Under the pieces are notes generated by a model. That model did not search any database and had not been told where the DNA came from. It saw only the letters and a list, made by a program, of their open reading frames with translations. Positions 35,647-40,537 of a DNA stretch of 40,537 nucleotides are shown piece by piece. The stretch comes from a virus. Taxonomy: Duplodnaviria > Caudoviricetes. The stretch lies in IMG/VR virus record IMGVR_UViG_3300036773_000030, positions 1-40,537 of that record, one strand, 5' to 3'. Numbering within the stretch: position 1 is the stretch's first letter; every line of letters starts with the position of its first letter. Both the position numbers and the translations under genes were made by a program.

Positions 35647-36942
35647 TCAAAGCGAGCCATTGGTCTTGCGAATGGCAGCGGCAATGACATCGCGGCGGTT
35701 TGCCGGCTTGGCACCGGCACGACGAGGAGTTTTGCCGGTTGGGGCGGCACTGGGAGCACCGGAAATGGAACGGTCAACGGTGCGGGTCTGAGCCGCGCCA
35801 TTCGGACGGGTCTGAGCCGTCACACCGTTCGGACGGAGCAATTGCGCGCGCTGGTAGGCTTGTTCAAGCCCGTAACCGGCACGCAATTCCTGCACTATAA
35901 CATCACCGAATCCTGCCTCATCAATCCGCGGGTGGGTTTCGGCAAACCGGTCAACCCCCCGTTTCGTTTGATTATAGCGTCGGCGCTGCTGCTGCTGATT
36001 ATGCATGTGCTGTAACGCCGCCGTCAACTGTGTTACCTGCTGGGTCAGTTGCCCAATCTGGGCATCATGCGCCCCGGTAACGTTGCCGGTCTGCGTCAGC
36101 GCGTGCTGTTCGGGAGTGCGTGACAGCACGTAATAGGCGATATCCTGCAAGGTTAGCTGCTGGCCTTCGGCGGTGCGCAGATTCATGTTGCGGACCAGCA
36201 CATCAAGCCCGCCGATCGGGTCCGACCGCAGCTTGTTTTCCATCCCGACATAGTTGCCGAGCGCGCGATCGAGCGTAGTGCCGTGCGAGCGCGCTAGATC
36301 GTAATACGGCTTGACTGGCGCGAACGCCTCATGCGTGGCCTTCGCCCGCTGATAGAAATTGCCGAATTCGTGATGCATACGGTGCACGGCTTCCCGCACG
36401 CTCGCCGGCGCCGCATGCCATTCCGCTTTGGCATTCTGACTCATTCGGCGCAACGGTTCGCGATACGGATCGGTCGCCGGCAGTGGGTTGACCCTAGGCG
36501 GCTGCTGTTGCCCGGCGGCGGCCGGCGCTGCCTTCGCCGCGTCCGGCCGCGGCACGAAGTGCCCATGCTCGCCGCGCTCGACCGGCCGTTGCCGCAGATT
36601 GAACGGCGCCTCGGACTTGGCCTCGGATTTAGCCTCGGACTTGGCCTCGGACTTCGGTTCGGATTTCGGCTTGGCCTTTTCGATCGGTTCAGGCGGCTGA
36701 TTGTGCCCAATGCGCGCCTTCGCCGGCGGTAGTTCAACGCCCTCACGCGATCGCGCGAAAGCGCGCTGGATGGCCTCCCGTCGGCTTTCCGGACGGCCGT
36801 GCGAACTCGCCTCGCCGGCCGGGCGCGGCGGTGCCTGTGACCCAATCGGCGCTGGTGTATTGACCGGATTCTGATCGATTACGACTTCATGCGTTGCCGG
36901 CGAGGCGGCCGGTACCGGTGCCACGGTGGGAATATCAGCCAT
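35647..36942 (-). CDS. Capsid scaffolding protein
   Basis: Precedes the MCP; disordered N-terminus with RGEHGHF, EW..AP..VR..V.R, coiled coil, SISGAP and helical C-terminus; (SEAK)n repeat. Confidence 0.8.
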   Translation of the reverse strand: MADIPTVAPVPAASPATHEVVIDQNPVNTPAPIGSQAPPRPAGEASSHGRPESRREAIQRAFARSREGVELPPAKARIGHNQPPEPIEKAKPKSEPKSEAKSEAKSEAKSEAPFNLRQRPVERGEHGHFVPRPDAAKAAPAAAGQQQPPRVNPLPATDPYREPLRRMSQNAKAEWHAAPASVREAVHRMHHEFGNFYQRAKATHEAFAPVKPYYDLARSHGTTLDRALGNYVGMENKLRSDPIGGLDVLVRNMNLRTAEGQQLTLQDIAYYVLSRTPEQHALTQTGNVTGAHDAQIGQLTQQVTQLTAALQHMHNQQQQRRRYNQTKRGVDRFAETHPRIDEAGFGDVIVQELRAGYGLEQAYQRAQLLRPNGVTAQTRPNGAAQTRTVDRSISGAPSAAPTGKTPRRAGAKPANRRDVIAAAIRKTNGSL

Positions 36943-36953
36943 GGGAAACCCCT

Positions 36954-37151
36954 CTAATGCGCCTCGCCGTGCCGCGAGGTCTTGACCGCCTTGCCGATGG
37001 CGCCACGACGTTTTTTCCGATTGGCCTTGGCCTGATCAGCGCGAAAAAAGTCCGTGGCAACCGATTGCGGAATGCCCATTTTCTTCGCAAACGCGGGATT
37101 ATGCGCGGCCGCCTGCATGGTGCGCCGTTGCGCTTTGCTTTTACTTGGCAG
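36954..37151 (-). CDS. Small basic phage protein (65 aa) with probable CTG start
   Basis: GGAGG-N6-CTG; (M)PSKSKAQRRTMQAAAHNPAFAKKMGIPQSVATDF...; fills the gap before the scaffold; not in the ORF track. Confidence 0.7.
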   Translation of the reverse strand: MPSKSKAQRRTMQAAAHNPAFAKKMGIPQSVATDFFRADQAKANRKKRRGAIGKAVKTSRHGEAH

Positions 37152-37470
37152 AACGCACCTCCCTCGCCCGGCGGCCTTGCTTATACTGCGCGATTGCCCG
37201 CTCGAAAGTACGCCGCCGTTTCACCGGATCGCTATGGGTACGCTGCTTCGGTTTAGGCTTTTCGGTCCCGACCTCGGTTAACCCGAGCGCCCGGCCGACC
37301 GCGCGGAATCGGGCCTTTGAGGTATAAAACTTGCCATCGACCTGCTCAGTCGGCTCGATCGTATCAGAAATCACAAATGGACAAGGCAGCGCCGAACGCG
37401 CCGGCGGCAGGCTGGGCCTGACAAACCGCCATCGGTTCGGCGCAATCTCAACTAGATCAGCTTCGTTCAT
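37141..37470 (-). CDS. Hypothetical head-module protein
   Basis: VISDTIEP...DGKFYTSK..FR......G..EVG.E pattern. Confidence 0.75.
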   Translation of the reverse strand: MNEADLVEIAPNRWRFVRPSLPPARSALPCPFVISDTIEPTEQVDGKFYTSKARFRAVGRALGLTEVGTEKPKPKQRTHSDPVKRRRTFERAIAQYKQGRRAREVRSAK

Positions 37471-38057
37471 TTATGCTTTTTCTTATCGCCAACGGCATTG
37501 GCCTCGTCGTCCTCACGTTCCCACTTTTCATCGTAAACCGCGTCATCCTGACCAGACTGCGATTGCTTGGTGAGTTGTTTGGGCTTGGCCGCTGATTGCG
37601 GCGGTACCGGCTGTTCGACGTCGGGCGGTTCGTTAATGCTGACCGGACCCTCCAGCCCCGGCGCCCGGTTGATCGAGGTCGCCGGTGCGTATGGCGTGAC
37701 TCCACGATGCCCGGGGTTGTGAGTAAAATCCTCCAGATCAACCGTGGTTTTGAACGCTGGCCGCTCGCCCTCCGGCGCATTCAGAACATTTCCCGGCCGG
37801 TTGGCGGGATCAAGGCCGGGTTGCTCGATATTGCGATAACCGGATTTCACCATGTCATCAATCGTACCGCGATCGACCCGGCCTTCCTCGGAAAGCGCCT
37901 GCGCCTTGGCGTTGCGCTCGCGCTCCGCCTTATGTTCGGCATCCTGCTGCTCGCGGAATTTCCTGCTCGCCTCGGCCGCCGACGAAGGTTGTACGTGCTG
38001 GGTGGCGTGATGCTCAGCGGCCTTGTCGGTGGCCTTGTCGTGATGGGTGCTGCTCAT
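37467..38057 (-). CDS. Hydrophilic disordered protein
   Basis: AAGGAGG RBS before ATG 38057; SINRAP/SINEPP motifs. Confidence 0.7.
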   Translation of the reverse strand: MSSTHHDKATDKAAEHHATQHVQPSSAAEASRKFREQQDAEHKAERERNAKAQALSEEGRVDRGTIDDMVKSGYRNIEQPGLDPANRPGNVLNAPEGERPAFKTTVDLEDFTHNPGHRGVTPYAPATSINRAPGLEGPVSINEPPDVEQPVPPQSAAKPKQLTKQSQSGQDDAVYDEKWEREDDEANAVGDKKKHK

Positions 38058-38076
38058 GGATTCCTCCTTGTTTCGC

Positions 38077-38421
38077 TTATTTCGCCTGCCGGTCGCGAGG
38101 CGGCAACATGGTAAACTCGAATAGCACCGGCCTGGATTCCAACGCACCGTCGCGCACCGTAACCTCGACCATTTGTGGTTCCAGCCACATCGCCGGCTTG
38201 ATCCGGGTCGATAACGCGCCGTGCTCGTGCAGCGTGGTGTACTCGTCACGGCCGTCGAAATGAATCACGCTTGCACGGGAGAAATTATCGCCGCGAACGT
38301 ACAGGGTGAAATCCCGCCCGCCGATTTCGCAGCTTGCCGGTTCAATCGCACCAATCGCCGGCTTGAGCTTGCCCCCGGTTGACGCCTTGGGAATCTTAAC
38401 CACTTGCTCCCCCCCCTCCAT
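38077..38421 (-). CDS. IPT/TIG Ig-like domain protein
   Basis: PAIGAIEP...LYVRGDNF...SVIHFDG...TT...VTVR...FEFT; start uncertain. Confidence 0.7.
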   Translation of the reverse strand: MEGGEQVVKIPKASTGGKLKPAIGAIEPASCEIGGRDFTLYVRGDNFSRASVIHFDGRDEYTTLHEHGALSTRIKPAMWLEPQMVEVTVRDGALESRPVLFEFTMLPPRDRQAK

Positions 38422-38432
38422 AGTTTTTTCTT

Positions 38433-39026
38433 CTAGGTAAACGTCCAGGTCTGCGGGGCGGTGACTACCGCCCCACCGGTCACCACCGTCACCGGCCAAG
38501 TACCAGCGGCCGGCTTTTTGGTTACCGCCGGCGCCGTCAGACTGGTGCCGCTATTGAACGTCGTGGTTTGCGGCGCGCCATTGACATAAATCACCGATTG
38601 TTTGGTGAACCCGGTACCGGTGACGGTCTGCGAAACGGTGCCGGTGCCGGAAACCGTCGATGTGGTGCCCAAACTGGTCAAGATCGCATTGGCCGCCGGA
38701 CTGAGCGAGGAGGCATGCTGCGCGTTTGGTGTGGTGGTGTAGTTTCCCAAGTCCGACACCGTCACCAACGGTCCGGCCGGATTGTAGGTGTTGGCGCTGT
38801 AGGTCTGTGTCACCACCACCTCGGTACCGCGTCCCTCGGCATCGACCGACGGGAAATTGGTGTTGTCAGCTGACGCGGTCTTGGCGGCAAAGGCGGTTGT
38901 TGCCTGCGCCGTGCCGTCATCCACCGCCAATTGCGTTGGCGCATTCGGCGGGGTCTGACCCAGAAACGAGAAATTGGTCGGCGGTGTCGGATTCGGCGGT
39001 GTCACCGTCAATATGTTTTGCGCCAT
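38433..39026 (-). CDS. Virion decoration protein with C-terminal IPT/TIG Ig-like domain
   Basis: TVTGTGFTKQSVIYVNG...TTFNSGTSLT...AGTWPVTV; GGGGAG RBS. Confidence 0.8.
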   Translation of the reverse strand: MAQNILTVTPPNPTPPTNFSFLGQTPPNAPTQLAVDDGTAQATTAFAAKTASADNTNFPSVDAEGRGTEVVVTQTYSANTYNPAGPLVTVSDLGNYTTTPNAQHASSLSPAANAILTSLGTTSTVSGTGTVSQTVTGTGFTKQSVIYVNGAPQTTTFNSGTSLTAPAVTKKPAAGTWPVTVVTGGAVVTAPQTWTFT

Positions 39027-39038
39027 GGTTCTGCTCCC

Positions 39039-39722
39039 CTATCGTTCTGGTCCGTAGACTTTGCGCGGTGTCGCAATGCCAGCGCGGGTCGCGTCCAGCA
39101 ATGCGGTTGATACTTCCTCAGGCGTTAGCGGCCGTCCCAGCCGGCGCGAAGCCAATTCCGAAAATGCCTGCGAAAATGCCGGTGCCGAGCCAGCATCGGC
39201 GCGGTGCGCCATTAGATCGCGTGTCATTGCCCACAGTTCATCGGATTGCAGCACGTCGGCATCTGACATTCCCTTGGTACGTGCCGCGATACGCGCCGAA
39301 TGGGTCGTGGGCGCCGCTGGCAGTGAATCGATAATACCGCGATTGGTCGTGCTGCGCAGCACGTCGTTCAAAGCGTCCATACCGGTCGGGGCCTCCCGTG
39401 CGATCATGCGCCCGAGGCCACCAAACACCGGCACTGCTGCCTTAGCAGCGCCCGCCGCTGACCCGCCCAGCGGCAGGAAATTCTGCGCCACGTTGGTTAA
39501 GTCAGCCAAGCCACCAAGCACACGCGGGTCCGATTGCGGCAGTTTGCCCTGCGCGTTCGGGGTAAGGCTGGGCGGCGGCAAATCCTGATAAGTCGCCGGA
39601 TTGGTCAAGTTAGAAATACCGAGCCATTGATAAAACCGAGGATCGGGTCGCACGTCGGGCGCGACCATCGGCCCATAGCGATCGGTCGCCGCCAACTCGC
39701 CTAAAGCGTCGGTATCAGCCAT
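39039..39722 (-). CDS. Hypothetical protein, possibly internal virion
   Basis: 227 aa in the late operon between the methyltransferase and decoration genes. Confidence 0.65.
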   Translation of the reverse strand: MADTDALGELAATDRYGPMVAPDVRPDPRFYQWLGISNLTNPATYQDLPPPSLTPNAQGKLPQSDPRVLGGLADLTNVAQNFLPLGGSAAGAAKAAVPVFGGLGRMIAREAPTGMDALNDVLRSTTNRGIIDSLPAAPTTHSARIAARTKGMSDADVLQSDELWAMTRDLMAHRADAGSAPAFSQAFSELASRRLGRPLTPEEVSTALLDATRAGIATPRKVYGPER

Positions 39723-39741
39723 GAGTCACCCATCGGCTTTG

Positions 39742-40537
39742 TCATACCATATTCAATCCAGCGAATAATGGTCCGAGATCGATCGGCTTGTCTTTCTGTT
39801 TTGCCCTGATGGTTTCGTGCAAGCGCTCGACCGGTCCGGCGGTGACGAGCCGAATCCGCCGGCGGATGTCCTCTTGGTATTCCACTTCGCGCTCGATCAG
39901 CACAGCGCGAAAGCCTTCCCGGAATGCCGCCTCGCCGGTTGTGCCGGTACCGGCGAATGGATCGAGCACAATGCCACCAGGGGGCGTGATCAATCGGCAC
40001 AGGTACTGAATGAGATCGACCGGCTTGACCGTTGGATGCTTCGAACCTGCCCTGTCAAACGAGTCAGCTTTGGCCGAGTAATAGAATCGAGCGGCAGAAC
40101 CGGAGTCGCCGCGCGGCTCGTGCGCACTTACGCCGGCGAACTTCCCATATATTTCGGCCTTGCGGTCAAATTCCGGTCCGGTTGATCTTTGCTGTCCAGG
40201 CGCTTCTGGAAACGCCGCCAGCACTTCATCACTTCCATCATGGATACAATTAGCTGGCCAGCGACCGAGACTGTCTGCCGAGCCGTTCCGGATTCCACTA
40301 TGGCCATTTGGCCCGATAGTGCTGCCACCATACTGGCCGACCCGAGCGGGTGTTTTATCTCCTGCCTCTACCCGACACGCAGCGATATTCAGCGCGCCCG
40401 TTCCCCAACGAAGCACATTGGCGGCAACGGTGTGCTCGCTCAGTGGCTTGCGCGCGACAACTATCATTTCGCAGGCCGGCTTCAAAGATGATGTGCTCGA
40501 TTTCGGGAATCCAGACCCATACAGCCATTGAATGCAA
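39742..40537 (-). CDS. DNA amino-methyltransferase, C-terminal part
   Basis: HPTVKP and VLDPFAGTGTT (SAM-binding FxGxG) motifs. Confidence 0.92.
   Translation of the reverse strand, partial: CIQWLYGSGFPKSSTSSLKPACEMIVVARKPLSEHTVAANVLRWGTGALNIAACRVEAGDKTPARVGQYGGSTIGPNGHSGIRNGSADSLGRWPANCIHDGSDEVLAAFPEAPGQQRSTGPEFDRKAEIYGKFAGVSAHEPRGDSGSAARFYYSAKADSFDRAGSKHPTVKPVDLIQYLCRLITPPGGIVLDPFAGTGTTGEAAFREGFRAVLIEREVEYQEDIRRRIRLVTAGPVERLHETIRAKQKDKPIDLGPLFAGLNMV
40411..40537. repeat. Terminal direct repeat, copy 2
   Basis: Identical to 1-127. Confidence 0.97.

Larger units (their letters stand above)
1..40537. mobile_element. Complete circular temperate phage genome (podovirus-like, 40,410 bp unique)
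   Basis: 127-bp terminal identity with an ORF reading through it; terminase, portal, capsid, tail, lysin, cI/cro, integrase and attP all present; no tape-measure or sheath gene; no host genes. Confidence 0.93.

Noticed and set aside
38433-38525. -1 frameshift at C-AAA-AAG fusing the two Ig-like genes
   Set aside because: The -1 frame is open, but the heptamer is imperfect and shifting there would truncate the first Ig domain

Overview
The window is an apparently complete circular genome of a temperate, podovirus-like tailed phage, 40,410 bp unique. Bases 1-127 are identical to 40411-40537, and a DNA methyltransferase reads through the join. The host is probably an alphaproteobacterium (Hyphomicrobiales-like); this is inferred from high GC, gene families and regulatory motifs. 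A cI/cro switch with recognisable operators lies at about 12 kb. Leftward (- strand) from it run replication genes (PD-(D/E)XK nuclease, SSB-like protein, primase-polymerase/helicase, iteron/IHF origin) and packaging genes (terS, terL, portal). The - strand continues across the join through a methyltransferase, Ig-like decoration proteins, scaffold, major capsid, adaptor/nozzle, ejection proteins, tail fibre and a multidomain endolysin. Rightward run a short early operon (VRR-NUC nuclease, Xis-like protein, tyrosine integrase), an intact attP and accessory genes (beta-helix protein, ParB-HTH-HPD protein). Four observations stand out: (i) a 2OG-Fe(II) dioxygenase + His-motif helical protein + GNAT cassette flanked by low-complexity Pro/Gly/Asp proteins inside the virion operon, possibly a virion-protein modification system; (ii) an R-[DE]-x-I-x-x-A-[LIF] helix shared by the scaffold and several disordered late proteins, possibly a capsid cargo-loading signal; (iii) a chain of two ATGA-overlapped pentapeptide mini-ORFs between the adaptor and nozzle genes; (iv) a Pro/Gly repeat protein whose repeats differ almost only synonymously. 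No CRISPR array, tRNA, rRNA, reverse transcriptase or IS was seen. All family assignments come from motif recognition, not database searches.
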